Assembly: GCA_018674305.1 (NCBI GenBank)
Contig: JABHAL010000004.1
Location: 256,446-320,445, forward strand
Direction of reading: 5' to 3'
Source: Candidatus Falkowbacteria bacterium
GTDB taxonomy: Bacteria > Patescibacteriota > Patescibacteriia > UBA11705 > JABHMO01
Length of the DNA: 64,000 bases
The translations under genes and the position numbers were made by a program. Below the pieces are notes generated by a model that saw nothing but the letters and a program-made list of their open reading frames with translations, had not been told where the DNA came from and searched no databases. This document shows positions 40,485 to 50,234 of this stretch, one piece after another (within the stretch, counting starts at the first letter, position 1; every line of letters starts with the position of its first letter).

Positions 40485-40677
40485 ACTTTTCCTCCTTGAA
40501 AAGTGTTAACTATTCCCGTTTGGGTTGAATAATTAACTGTTTAGTATAGCAAATAACAAAAAGTTTGTCAAGGGCAAGGTGATATTATATATTTCAAATG
40601 TTAGCAATTATTACCATTCGTGAAATGTGTAAATTTAGACAACTTTAGTGAGTGTTTGAATTAATTGTTAGATAGTA

Positions 40678-40830
40678 TTGACAAAATCATAATAATTTGC
40701 TATACTCCAATGTTGAGTATTTGGCTATAATGCTTGTATAGCTAAAGACTTGGAAGATATAATTGTTTTTCCATAGCAGCTCTAATAGTATGTTGGAGCT
40801 GTCATTGGGCAGATAAACAGGAGGTGTCAT
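40678..40830 (+). promoter_or_regulatory. Promoter and structured 5' leader of the small-ORF operon
   Basis: TTGACA 40678, 17 bp, TATACT 40701. Hairpins at 40720-40746, 40751-40773 and 40777-40801, all with G-U pairs on the + strand. Confidence 0.6.
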
Positions 40831-41007
40831 ATGTCCAGACATAGTAAGAGGCATAAGTCTCGAAAAGTGAAAGAGTATGATCCTCACCGTGTCATGCGAG
40901 AAATTGCTAGGACGTTGATTGGCTCAAAACCCAGACAGGTCCATTCGGGTAAAAAGGGCCAAAAGGGTTATGATCGCAAACGTGAAAGAGCAATTCCCAA
41001 CTATTAA
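40831..41007 (+). CDS. 58-aa basic protein, ArfA-like (alternative ribosome-rescue factor candidate)
   Basis: MSRHSKRHKSRKVKEYDPHRVMREIARTLIGSKPRQVHSGKKGQKGYDRKRERAIPNY; SD AGGAGGTG. Confidence 0.65.
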   Translation: MSRHSKRHKSRKVKEYDPHRVMREIARTLIGSKPRQVHSGKKGQKGYDRKRERAIPNY

Positions 41008-41017
41008 GGAGGTCGTC

Positions 41018-41074
41018 ATGAAAACGATGAATACATTTCGAGAGTTTTCTATAAGAAAACTCTCATCAACTTGA
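41018..41074 (+). CDS. 18-aa peptide ORF containing a perfect hairpin
   Basis: MKTMNTFREFSIRKLSST; SD AAGGAGG; gagagttttct-ata-agaaaactctc at 41040-41064. Confidence 0.45.
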   Translation: MKTMNTFREFSIRKLSST

Positions 41075-41123
41075 GCGAATAATTTATTTGTTAATTCACG
41101 TTGATTAATAGAGGAGGTATAGC

Positions 41124-41252
41124 ATGACTCCCCGTAAAATCGTTTGTCTCCACTGTGGTGGGACGCATGGGTCTGAGAAACAGATCCGTACCTGTAAGAA
41201 ATTGCAGGACCGCCAAAGTGGTAAAAAGAAAGGCAAGAAAAAAAAGAAGTGA
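41124..41252 (+). CDS. 42-aa CxxC-x3-H-x8-C protein with poly-Lys tail
   Basis: MTPRKIVCLHCGGTHGSEKQIRTCKKLQDRQSGKKKGKKKKK; SD GAGGAGGT. Confidence 0.65.
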   Translation: MTPRKIVCLHCGGTHGSEKQIRTCKKLQDRQSGKKKGKKKKK

Positions 41253-41254
41253 CA

Positions 41255-41290
41255 AAAAAAGAACGCGGATTCATGATCCGCGTTCTTTTC
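41255..41290. terminator. Bidirectional intrinsic terminator
   Basis: aaaagaacgcggat-tcatg-atccgcgttctttt. Confidence 0.8.
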
Positions 41291-41309
41291 ATTTATTTTT
41301 GAGGTTTAT

Positions 41310-43271
41310 TTACTGTTGAACTATGCCGTCAGTTTCCGCATGTTGATCCAGTTCCAGCGCTGAGGTTAAAATATTTTTGGTCTTAATAATTGTGTCTTCT
41401 GAAACACTGTCTTTTGCTGACAACGTAGTATTTCCAGTGAGTTTGATAATTTTGCCAGCATCTTCAAGTTCTGGGGTTATAACTATTGCAAAGTTGGCAT
41501 GTGCCTCTTTTACGGTTTCTGGTAATCTATTTATTTCCCAAGTAATTTTATTTGTGTTGCTATTGTAATTAATTTCCCCAGTACTGACGTAACTTTCATC
41601 TGGCCATTCAGCATATTCTGGTAATGAAGCGTTCACGGTTATGTTTTCTATTTCGTGAATATCGTTAGATAGATCCCAGAAGACTTTGATTGTAGTTTTT
41701 TTGCCAACCTCGAAGGGTAGAGGGCCACTGCCAATCGGCGTACCGTCTTCAAAGTAATACAAAGCTTTAGTTCCTAAGTCAAGGTCAGAATTGATAGTTA
41801 AAATAACGTGACTGCTTGTGACTGGTTCAGTTTTAACTCCTAAGTGTTCAGACAAATCAAGGCTGGAAAACACATCAAGTGAGGCTTTGCCAAGTGAATT
41901 AATACTGTCCAGGTCGGCAAAAGTATTCAAAGGTAGAGAAAAGTCTAAACTGAATTCCTGACCTGTAGCTAAAGTAGCTAATTCTGGAATTTGAGTTTTA
42001 TCCCAGGTGATTTGCTTGCCTGTCTCAGTTTTTTCTATTTTTCCATAGTAGTCATCTTCAATTTTATTCCAATTCAAAAGATCTACAGGCTGACTATTGA
42101 TAGTAGTTGTTAAAATTAAATTATTGTAATCTTGTTCCCCAGTATTTTTACTGATAATGGTGAAGTCCAAGTCTTGGCCTAGTTCAATGTTTTTGTTTTC
42201 TGTTGTACCATTGACAATAGTGTAGGTGTTGATGGCTTGGTCAATAATTTTGATGGATAGTTCTTCTTCGTGAACTTTGAAATACTGTTCCTCATTGCCA
42301 AGTAGTAGGAGCTCAAGCAAAAATGTTTTTGTTCGATCGTTATCAGAAAGGATGTTCATGTCAGCATCAAAGAAACCTTCAACTAATATTTCCTTACTCT
42401 GAGATGATTGATTTAAGTCAGCAATAATCCATTGATTATCGTCTTCGTAGGTAGTCGGATTGGCTGATTGAAAAGTGAATTTATCTGGGTAGGTGATTTG
42501 CAGTTTGGCATTATAAAAGTCAAGTTTAGCTTCGTTTTTAATTTTTGTTTTTAAATTGATCTTTTGACCAGGAGTTATATTAGAAGGGTAATTGGTTATG
42601 AATTCAAGTTCGGGTGCTTGTGTTATTAAGCTGAAGGTTGCTTCTTTGGTGAATTCTGAATTAAAGTTGCTTGGTTGAAAGGTCAATTTAACAATGATCT
42701 TTTGTTCTTCTTCAATCTCGTCAATAATACTGCCAGATATGGTTATTTGGCCATTGTCACCAATTTCCAGTTCACCCAACTGCCAAGCGTGATTAACTGG
42801 CTCAGGCTCTAGTTTCTCAATAAGTAAACCGTGTGGATATTGAACATGCAATCTGGAGTCAAGAAGACTAACTTCTCCTAAGTTTTGATAATTAATAATG
42901 AAGTCAAACTGTTCTCCAATTTTTATTTTTTCAGGACCTTCAATTGTTAGCTCGAGGCTTTGTTTTTCAAAGGTTTTGTTGGAGGAAAAATACAAAAAGC
43001 CGGCTAAAGCTGAGCCCGCTAGTAATAGTAATACAATTAAAGAAAAGATAATAAATCTTTTTTTTCTTTTTTTGCGATCTTTATTAATTAAAGTCCTTAG
43101 ACTTAAATCCTGCTCTGAGTCACTGACTGAGTCGAGTCCTTGATGTTGGTCATCAATATCCTGTTCTTCATATAGCTCAATTAATTCTTTAATGGGATTT
43201 TCTTCTGGATATTCGATCTTTTTTCTTTTAAAAACTAAAGTTTTATTTTTGTTTTTTTTATTTTTACTCAT
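41310..43271 (-). CDS. Membrane-anchored extracellular protein with Ig-like (DUF11-like) beta domains
   Basis: Basic patch plus TM helix, then repeated I.Y.N.G...L....L....P patterns and GSGPLP. Confidence 0.75.
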   Translation of the reverse strand: MSKNKKNKNKTLVFKRKKIEYPEENPIKELIELYEEQDIDDQHQGLDSVSDSEQDLSLRTLINKDRKKRKKRFIIFSLIVLLLLAGSALAGFLYFSSNKTFEKQSLELTIEGPEKIKIGEQFDFIINYQNLGEVSLLDSRLHVQYPHGLLIEKLEPEPVNHAWQLGELEIGDNGQITISGSIIDEIEEEQKIIVKLTFQPSNFNSEFTKEATFSLITQAPELEFITNYPSNITPGQKINLKTKIKNEAKLDFYNAKLQITYPDKFTFQSANPTTYEDDNQWIIADLNQSSQSKEILVEGFFDADMNILSDNDRTKTFLLELLLLGNEEQYFKVHEEELSIKIIDQAINTYTIVNGTTENKNIELGQDLDFTIISKNTGEQDYNNLILTTTINSQPVDLLNWNKIEDDYYGKIEKTETGKQITWDKTQIPELATLATGQEFSLDFSLPLNTFADLDSINSLGKASLDVFSSLDLSEHLGVKTEPVTSSHVILTINSDLDLGTKALYYFEDGTPIGSGPLPFEVGKKTTIKVFWDLSNDIHEIENITVNASLPEYAEWPDESYVSTGEINYNSNTNKITWEINRLPETVKEAHANFAIVITPELEDAGKIIKLTGNTTLSAKDSVSEDTIIKTKNILTSALELDQHAETDGIVQQ

Positions 43272-43277
43272 AATGGT

Positions 43278-45953
43278 TTAATCCAAGATAAAAGCAAACA
43301 TTTCATCAGCTCTAGATTGAGATTCAATCACAAAGCTATTTTTGTCGTTTTTTAGTTCCGGTGGGTATGTCCAGCCAGAGTTTATTGCATAAGGTAAATT
43401 GAACTTCAAGTTATAAGTTGTATTTTGTTGTCCCGCTTGTTTTTGCCAGAATAAAGAATGAAAGCCAGATTGTGATTTACTGTCAAATAAAGAAAATCGA
43501 TCTTCAGTGGTAGTTAAATTGAGCGTGATTGGGAGACGATATTTGAATATGAAAGTTTTTGTTTCTCCAGGATCGACTTGTTCCCAATTGCCAAAGACAG
43601 TTTTGTTGAATTCATTGTTTATGAAGGTTCCAGTGTTTGGATCTACCCAAACCTCACCCTGTATATTTTGTAGATGTTCATCTGTTTGCCAATGTTCTTC
43701 AGGTTCTTCAAACGCTTCAGGCGGGACTTCTTCAAAATTCTGAGCTGAAATTAGTTGACTACCAAAAGGGACATAAATTCTAACATAATTTAGATTTGAG
43801 GTTTTTCCGAAAAAATTATTTAAGTCACCGTTATGTGTGCGAGTAATTTCCAAAGTATTAATAATCTCACCATTGTTGTAAACATCAGTTGTTAAGTTCA
43901 AGGTCTGATCAATGTAAGCATCAGTTTTGCCTCCACCAATGTTGGTATTGATTACAGCCAAATAATCCTTGGAAGAATCTAATAGTTCACCGGTCCAACC
44001 ATATTCAGAAAATTTATCCTGAACTTGAGTTTCCTTGAAATAGAGTTGAATCTCTTTTTGTTCCAGATTAGTTTTGATTGTTTTTGCTAATGAAATTAAT
44101 TGTTCGCCCTGGAGGTCAAATAAGCTGTTAATAAGCTCTGGTGCCAGGTACGATAAAATCTTTTTTGGCTGATTTTCTTGAACATTGTCATAATCAATTT
44201 CAATTGCTTTTTGCAATTCTAGTACTATGTTGTCATTATTAAAAGTTTTATTATATTCAGGTAAATAAATAGGCCCTGAAACTTTCATCAGTTCAGGTAA
44301 GAATGAAACATTAATAGCAACCACGCCGTCAACTGTTGGCCCACCAGAGTGTTCATAGAACCACATAATTTTTTCAGCAGAAGTAGGAAAATCAGCAAAC
44401 CAGTTGGAGTCTTGCAGTTGCCAAAGAGGATTAACCACGTGTAATTGATAAGGTGAAATTAATTTTTTATGTAATTGACCTTGTACGTCATAGGTTCCCC
44501 CGCCAGGGATTTCAATATTGGTAATTTGACCGCGATCAACATCAACTAAAGCCATACTTCCCATGAAGCCGCCAGTTGGTCGAAGTTCATTATTGTTTTG
44601 AAAGACGAATAAGTAGCGTTTTTTGTGTTTTTGCCCGAGAATAGAATTAAGTGTGCCAGTAAAGGTGTGGAATTCTTGTATGTCACTATTCAAAAGACCT
44701 AGATATTCTTGGATGGTTCCATATATTTCTTTTTTATCATCTGGTACTGCTTCGGGTCTGATTTGTTGAAGATCATAATTTAGGCGGTCAAGTTTTGGTG
44801 AAATTGAGCTTAGTTCAGTTTGTAATGTGCTGATATGATCTGTTAAATATCCACCGGTTTGGCTTTTGAAATTAGTGAAAAGATTGGTTATTGATTGGCC
44901 CAAGCCAGAAACCTGCTCACCAGCGTCAAGTAAATGTTCTGCATCTGCTAGGTTAGGGCTGTTGATTGGAATGAGGTTAAGAATTGTCTTTAACGAGGTG
45001 CTCATGCTATTTAGTTTTTCTCCAGCTTCTACAAAGTTTTGATTTGCTGTTGAAAAACTGGTTTGTGCCATTTGCGGGTTGTCGTTAGCTAATTGAGTGC
45101 TTGCCACTTTTAAGTCTTCATAAGCTGTGGTTGCATAATTTACAATTTGCTCTTGTGATTTTCTGATTTCATTATATTGACCAAAAACTTTGATTGGTAA
45201 AATAATAATTATACATATAGCAATATAGGCGGCCAGTGGACGGTACCAAAATAAAGGTAAATTGAAATTATAGTGCCAAGGTTTTATTGTGAATTGTTTT
45301 TGCCAAGATTTTGATTTATGCTTTTTGTTTTTGTGAGAAGGTGCTGTTACTTGAATTGGGTCTTCGTGCTGAGCAATAACAACTTTTTCTTTGGATTCAA
45401 GTTTTTCTGTTATAACCACAGTTTGTTTTTTTGTTTTAGTTGTAACTTTAAGGGTTTGCGTTGGTTTTTCCCTGTGCTTCTTGGTAACGCTATGAAATCT
45501 AGATAAAACAGTACGTTTTTTTGCTTCTTTTTCTCGCTTTTTCTCTATCATTGCCGATAAGTCCAAAACAAAAGGTGAGTGTACCTGCTTGGTTGTGGTA
45601 CTATTAACTGTAATTTGAGAGGGATCTTTTTTGTTGGCTGAAATTGCTTCTTTCTCTGGTAAAAGTTTAGCTAATGCCTTGACGAGATTTTGTTCAATTG
45701 TTTTCTCAGCATTTTTTAGGTTTTGATTATCAAGAATTTCGTCAATTTCATGTTGAAGTAAACCCAAAGTCAAAGTTTCTTTTTGAGAAACTTTTTTTAC
45801 TCTCTTGGCGGAAGCTTTTTTTACAGGCTTGGCTTTTGGTTTGTTTGCTTTCGCTTTTGCTTTTTTGCGTAACGGTTTTTTGGGTTTCTTGACCGTCGAA
45901 GTTTTGGTGGAGACGGTTTTCTTTTTTTGTTTTGCAGTTGCTTTACGCGCCAT
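43278..45953 (-). CDS. DUF4012-domain membrane protein with Lys/Ala-rich N-terminus
   Basis: YLFVFQNNNELRPTGGFMG, DSNWFADFPTSA, VDGVVAIN, N.GGGK, NYVRIYVP.GS. Confidence 0.85.
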   Translation of the reverse strand: MARKATAKQKKKTVSTKTSTVKKPKKPLRKKAKAKANKPKAKPVKKASAKRVKKVSQKETLTLGLLQHEIDEILDNQNLKNAEKTIEQNLVKALAKLLPEKEAISANKKDPSQITVNSTTTKQVHSPFVLDLSAMIEKKREKEAKKRTVLSRFHSVTKKHREKPTQTLKVTTKTKKQTVVITEKLESKEKVVIAQHEDPIQVTAPSHKNKKHKSKSWQKQFTIKPWHYNFNLPLFWYRPLAAYIAICIIIILPIKVFGQYNEIRKSQEQIVNYATTAYEDLKVASTQLANDNPQMAQTSFSTANQNFVEAGEKLNSMSTSLKTILNLIPINSPNLADAEHLLDAGEQVSGLGQSITNLFTNFKSQTGGYLTDHISTLQTELSSISPKLDRLNYDLQQIRPEAVPDDKKEIYGTIQEYLGLLNSDIQEFHTFTGTLNSILGQKHKKRYLFVFQNNNELRPTGGFMGSMALVDVDRGQITNIEIPGGGTYDVQGQLHKKLISPYQLHVVNPLWQLQDSNWFADFPTSAEKIMWFYEHSGGPTVDGVVAINVSFLPELMKVSGPIYLPEYNKTFNNDNIVLELQKAIEIDYDNVQENQPKKILSYLAPELINSLFDLQGEQLISLAKTIKTNLEQKEIQLYFKETQVQDKFSEYGWTGELLDSSKDYLAVINTNIGGGKTDAYIDQTLNLTTDVYNNGEIINTLEITRTHNGDLNNFFGKTSNLNYVRIYVPFGSQLISAQNFEEVPPEAFEEPEEHWQTDEHLQNIQGEVWVDPNTGTFINNEFNKTVFGNWEQVDPGETKTFIFKYRLPITLNLTTTEDRFSLFDSKSQSGFHSLFWQKQAGQQNTTYNLKFNLPYAINSGWTYPPELKNDKNSFVIESQSRADEMFAFILD

Positions 45954-45963
45954 ATTATAGTAT

Positions 45964-47082
45964 TTATTTTAAATTTTTATATATTTGTAAAGTTTGTTCA
46001 GCGCATTTTCTCCAGTGAAATCTTTCAACATTATATTTTGCCTTATCAATTAATTCTTGGTTTGTTTTTTTATCAGTTAAGACCAGATTAATTTGTTTGG
46101 CCATTTCCTCAATATTTTTTGGGTCAAAGAATAGGGCAGACTCTCCAAGTGTTTCCGGCATGGATGAGGTGTTGGTTGAGACAACGGGACAGCCACAGTT
46201 TTGAGCTTCTATTCCGATTAAACCAAAGCCTTCAATAAAGGATGGAACAACAAAGGCGGAAGCTCCATTGTAAATCGCCGGTAATTCATCATCTTCAATA
46301 AAGCCTGTGGCAATAATGTCGTGCTTAAAAGGGGATCTATTAATTTCGTCCTGAACCTTTGTATAATGTAAATCCTCTCGACCACCAAGTACTAATTGGA
46401 TATCCAAATTATGCTTTTTCTTTAGTAAATTAAAAGCTTGGATTAATCCTTCAATGTTCTTGTGGGAACGCCAGACACTAACGAAAAATATATACGGTTT
46501 CGTGATACCGAATTTTTCTTTAACTGTACTAATTATACCACTATTTTCAATAATTTTAAAACGTTCGTCCACACCATGATGGATAACTTCAATTTTTTCG
46601 GAATTAATATTGAAATGTCTAACTATATCACGCTTGGTGCTATTGGAAACTGCAATAATTTTACGTGATTTGTGCATTGTTGACTTAAAGACCGTGCGAT
46701 AGGCCCACTGTCTGAATCCGGATTTTGCTTTGTGGCCAGGATAGTAAAAGGGAGTTATGTCATGAATGGTGCAAATTGATTTTTTGCGATATAAAATTGG
46801 TGAATTGAAGTGGGGGTAGTGGATTAGGTCAAATTTATGCTTCATTAATTCCAAAATGAAACTTGTTTGTTCTGTCAAAGTGTAATGTTGAACTTTGGTT
46901 AGCACTTTTGTAACCCGTTCGTTCGGTGGATTGAATCTCGAAAACTCAGGTTCACGCAAGAACAAGATATATTCATTAGTTTTATCCAACATGAAAAGTT
47001 CATCAGTTAATTTCTGAATGTAAGTTCCGATTCCACTGAATTGTGAGGCGCCATACATGCGCGCGTCGATTGCTATTATCAT
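45964..47082 (-). CDS. Glycosyltransferase family 4 (GT-B)
   Basis: IAIDAR, SGIGTY, TIHDI, HKN, PSFIEGFGLIGIEA..CG.PV. Start set at MIIAIDAR. Confidence 0.92.
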   Translation of the reverse strand: MIIAIDARMYGASQFSGIGTYIQKLTDELFMLDKTNEYILFLREPEFSRFNPPNERVTKVLTKVQHYTLTEQTSFILELMKHKFDLIHYPHFNSPILYRKKSICTIHDITPFYYPGHKAKSGFRQWAYRTVFKSTMHKSRKIIAVSNSTKRDIVRHFNINSEKIEVIHHGVDERFKIIENSGIISTVKEKFGITKPYIFFVSVWRSHKNIEGLIQAFNLLKKKHNLDIQLVLGGREDLHYTKVQDEINRSPFKHDIIATGFIEDDELPAIYNGASAFVVPSFIEGFGLIGIEAQNCGCPVVSTNTSSMPETLGESALFFDPKNIEEMAKQINLVLTDKKTNQELIDKAKYNVERFHWRKCAEQTLQIYKNLK

Positions 47083-47250
47083 ATTCTTAGTTATTGTTCC
47101 TGAATTCATTCGGGGTAGCTCCTTTGGCTATTTTCATATTTTTAGTTATTGTTCCTGAATTTATTCGGGGTAGCTCCTTTGGCGATTTTCATATCCTCAG
47201 TTATTATCCCTGAATTCATTCAGGGTACCTCCTTTACACAAAGTTTCAAG
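47079..47250. repeat. Three tandem 55-bp units, each with a REP-like palindrome CCTGAAT(TC/TT)ATTC(G/A)GG
   Basis: Units start at 47079, 47134 and 47189 (tcatat...agttatt..cctgaatt.attc.ggg.ta.ctcctt). Confidence 0.85.
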
Positions 47251-47769
47251 AAACATGTTTTCATCTTCATGTTTTTTTATTTTCAAAATAGACATTATTC
47301 TTAGTTCCAGTTCTTCTTGGTCAAATTCTTTACACAGTTCCTGAAAATTACAATATTTATATTTTTTCAATTCATTAAATGAGTGGATAATACCATGGCG
47401 GAGAGGGTTTCCTAGGATATATGCTGAAATGTTAGCATAAGCAAGTTCATCAAATATTGCCCAAGCGTAATATTTTTTCCAAAGTTGTCCTTCTCTGTTA
47501 GTTTGAATGTTAATTAATCGTGCTGATGCTCCCGCTAGATCTTTAAGGAATTTTTTACGTTGTTTTTGTTCTTCACAGTCAATAATTAAATGTAAATGGT
47601 TATTTAGTATGGCGAAATATTCAATATTAACATTATTATTTTTAGCTGCTTTATTAAATTGGTTTAAAATAATTTCTTTCAAAGGGTCGTCGAATTTTAC
47701 AATAATCTGATCAGTGAGTGAATAGGTGATGAAATATTTGCGTTCGGGGTAGAATTGGTATTTGAGCAT
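47197..47769 (-). mobile_element. REP-associated tyrosine (HUH/Y1, IS200-like) transposase
   Basis: YFITYS, YFAILNNHLHLII (HUH), YILGNPLRHG (catalytic Tyr); palindromic repeats on both sides. Confidence 0.8.
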
Positions 47770-47780
47770 ATTAATTATTT

Positions 47781-47970
47781 GGTAGGCCCAAATGAATTTG
47801 GGGGTAATTGTTTAGGATAATCCCAAATTGTTCTGAATTGTACATGCGACGGTCTATAGCGATTTTTACATTCTTAGCAATTATACCTGAATTCATTCGG
47901 GACATTATTTTCAGTTATTATCCCTGAATTTATTCGGGGTACCTCCTTCATACAAGGTTTCTAAAAATAT
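47781..47970. repeat. Three further REP-like palindromes upstream of the transposase
   Basis: gtaggcccaaatgaatttgggg (47782), cctgaattcattcggg (47886), ccctgaatttattcggggtacctcc (47922). Confidence 0.75.
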
Positions 47971-48011
47971 CTTTAAGCATTTCCAAATTACTAATTACAG
48001 ATTACTAATTA

Positions 48012-48743
48012 CTATTCTAAATTGTTCCAAACTAAATCCCATATTGATTTCATGGTCTGAGCAATTGCTTGATCTTCAATTATAACAGCTGTATAAGGTT
48101 TTTTAAAGGATATGAGCGAAACTTTACTTTGGTAAATGTTGATTTCGGTTTCAAAGTTAATATCTTTAACTAGTTTTGTTTGGCGTAGTTGTTCTTTGTC
48201 TTTCGATTTCATTAATTTCCCCTTCGGACCATTTTTTGCAATGCAGTAAAAATGAGTATTGTTTTTTTTGCGTGCTTCAGGTCCAGCTGACCAGAGAAAA
48301 TCTGCTGGCAGGGTTTCGAACATCTTTTCATAGTCAGTAAATCCGAATATTTCACCATCTTGAACCGCGTAGTCAGCATAAGCTGTTTTAAGTCCTTCAA
48401 GTCCTTGGTGGAATTTAACTTTTGGTTTATTTGCGGGAGCATTGAAGATACTTAAGAATTCAGGAAGGTTGTTTCGTGCTTGCTCAATCCTTTTTTCAGC
48501 TTTGCTTATTACGGTTTTGGGGTTTTCTGCGACAAGGAGAAGTTTGCTACCTTTTTTTATTTCACTAACTAGTCCAAGGTTCTTCAAATCTTCAAGAAAG
48601 TTGTATATACTGGTTCTCTTCACATTGGATTCTTCAGCAAGTTCTTGAACAGTGGCTGAGCCTAGCTCAAGACAGGCAAGGTACACTTTGGCCTGCTTTT
48701 TTTGTATACCTAAACTTGTAAGAGAATCGAGTAAGTATTGCAT
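48012..48743 (-). CDS. TrmB-family HTH transcriptional regulator
   Basis: LGIQKKQAKVYLACLELGSATVQELAEESNVKRTSIY; KPKVKFHQG. Confidence 0.85.
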   Translation of the reverse strand: MQYLLDSLTSLGIQKKQAKVYLACLELGSATVQELAEESNVKRTSIYNFLEDLKNLGLVSEIKKGSKLLLVAENPKTVISKAEKRIEQARNNLPEFLSIFNAPANKPKVKFHQGLEGLKTAYADYAVQDGEIFGFTDYEKMFETLPADFLWSAGPEARKKNNTHFYCIAKNGPKGKLMKSKDKEQLRQTKLVKDINFETEINIYQSKVSLISFKKPYTAVIIEDQAIAQTMKSIWDLVWNNLE

Positions 48744-48921
48744 ATTTGTCTAACTTGTAGACATTGTATATAAAATAGTGAACTTTGTCAATTTTCACTA
48801 AAATTAGCCTTTGATTTAGTGCTCTTAATTTTTTATTCAAAATTCTTGTCTTAATTCTTGACGATTTCTTTTTAAACTAATATAATATATTGTTCTGTTC
48901 ATTAAAACTAGGGAGATTGTA

Positions 48922-49329
48922 ATGTGGCAATCATTTATTTTGTGTACGATTTTGGTATGTGTTTATTTTGCTTCGGCAATACATTCTTCTGTTGAATCAA
49001 ATTTTAATGAGCCAAGTTGGCTACGAACTGTTGGAAACGTTTTGGGCACTATATTTGTTCTTCTGTTAGGGGTCGTTGGTATTGCAATGATGAGCTATAT
49101 TAATCTGGAAGTCTTTAATTATCGAGAAAAAGTCATTCAATTGGTTTATGCCGGCGATTTGTTTGAATATTATATTGATAATGGGGCTCAAATTGTACGG
49201 AAATTCTCGTATAGTCCAGAGGTTCTTTGGATATGGAATTCTGGCATGTCGTTGCTTCTTATGGGTGTTATTAAGGTGATATCATTGTTGGTTAAGTTTT
49301 TTGACCCACTGCCTTTGAAGGGTTATTGA
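48922..49329 (+). CDS. Hypothetical membrane protein (about 3 TM helices)
   Basis: Promoter TTGACG 48858, 17 bp, TATAAT 48881; GTTCATTAAAA; SD AGGGAG. Confidence 0.65.
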   Translation: MWQSFILCTILVCVYFASAIHSSVESNFNEPSWLRTVGNVLGTIFVLLLGVVGIAMMSYINLEVFNYREKVIQLVYAGDLFEYYIDNGAQIVRKFSYSPEVLWIWNSGMSLLLMGVIKVISLLVKFFDPLPLKGY

Positions 49330-49383
49330 TATTTAGTTTGTCGTTTTTAAGAGAAGTGGATATTCATTAACAAGGAGGAGCAA

Positions 49384-50187
49384 ATGAAAGTACTAAAAAA
49401 GGCTGAGTGGTCTTGGAATATGTCAGGTACGTGGTTGGGGTTGAAAGATGTTGGTGATTTTTGGATAAATCGAGTTGGAAGGATTTGGGAAGGATTTTTC
49501 TTCTGTGGGTTTATCTCTATTTGGGGAATAATTGCTTTTGGCGGCAGTATTGTTGGTCTCGCGAATCTTTTCCATGATGGTCACGCTGAGGTCATGTGTT
49601 CATTTTGGGAAGTTTGGGGTTACGTTTTGTTTGTGTATTTTTTTCTAATTAGTGTGGTAGTATTTTTGAAATTTATTAAAAAATATATTGTTAAAGAAGT
49701 TACTGACTCTGAGTTGCTCGGTACATTTTTTAGGAAACGATATTCAAAGTTTTTTGAAAAACATTTAGGTCAAAAGAGTCAATATTTTCAACTACTCACA
49801 AAATGCAAGGATGTTAAAAAGCAAATTGAAAAACAGTTGCGAATACTTGATGGACAACCCGATGATTCTGATCTTTTGGAAAAGGGCAGGGAGAGATTAA
49901 AAAAGTCTCTTGCTGGGTTGGATCTGGATCTACAAAAATTAAAAAAATTTCGGGAAGGCATGAAAGCGCCGTTGGATAAACTTTTGGGAATGATTGAGTC
50001 TTCTCAGTTTAAAAGCTTCCTGAAACAATTGGATGCGATAACTCATTCCAATCGTTTAGGAAATTGTGTTCAGGATGTGAGAGCTGGGTATTTGCACGAG
50101 TTGGAACTGTTTTTAGTAAAGTTTCAATCAATGGAAAAAGAAGTACGAATAATCAAATTTCCTACATTAAAAATGAAACTGAAGTAA
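49384..50187 (+). CDS. Hypothetical protein with two TM helices and coiled coil
   Basis: SD AAGGAGG preceded by ATTCATTAACA; terminator at about 50200-50236. Confidence 0.7.
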   Translation: MKVLKKAEWSWNMSGTWLGLKDVGDFWINRVGRIWEGFFFCGFISIWGIIAFGGSIVGLANLFHDGHAEVMCSFWEVWGYVLFVYFFLISVVVFLKFIKKYIVKEVTDSELLGTFFRKRYSKFFEKHLGQKSQYFQLLTKCKDVKKQIEKQLRILDGQPDDSDLLEKGRERLKKSLAGLDLDLQKLKKFREGMKAPLDKLLGMIESSQFKSFLKQLDAITHSNRLGNCVQDVRAGYLHELELFLVKFQSMEKEVRIIKFPTLKMKLK

Positions 50188-50234
50188 ACGTATGTAACAA
50201 AAGCCCCACTATTTGTAAATAGTGGGGTATTTTT

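Noticed and set aside
40924-41292. 122-aa minus-strand ORF
   Set aside because: It is antisense to three plus-strand small ORFs that have a promoter, SDs and a terminator, and it starts inside the terminator.
47079-47250. CRISPR array
   Set aside because: The units are near-identical over their whole 55 bp with no unique spacers, and there are no cas genes. The neighbour is an HUH transposase, so a REP array fits better.
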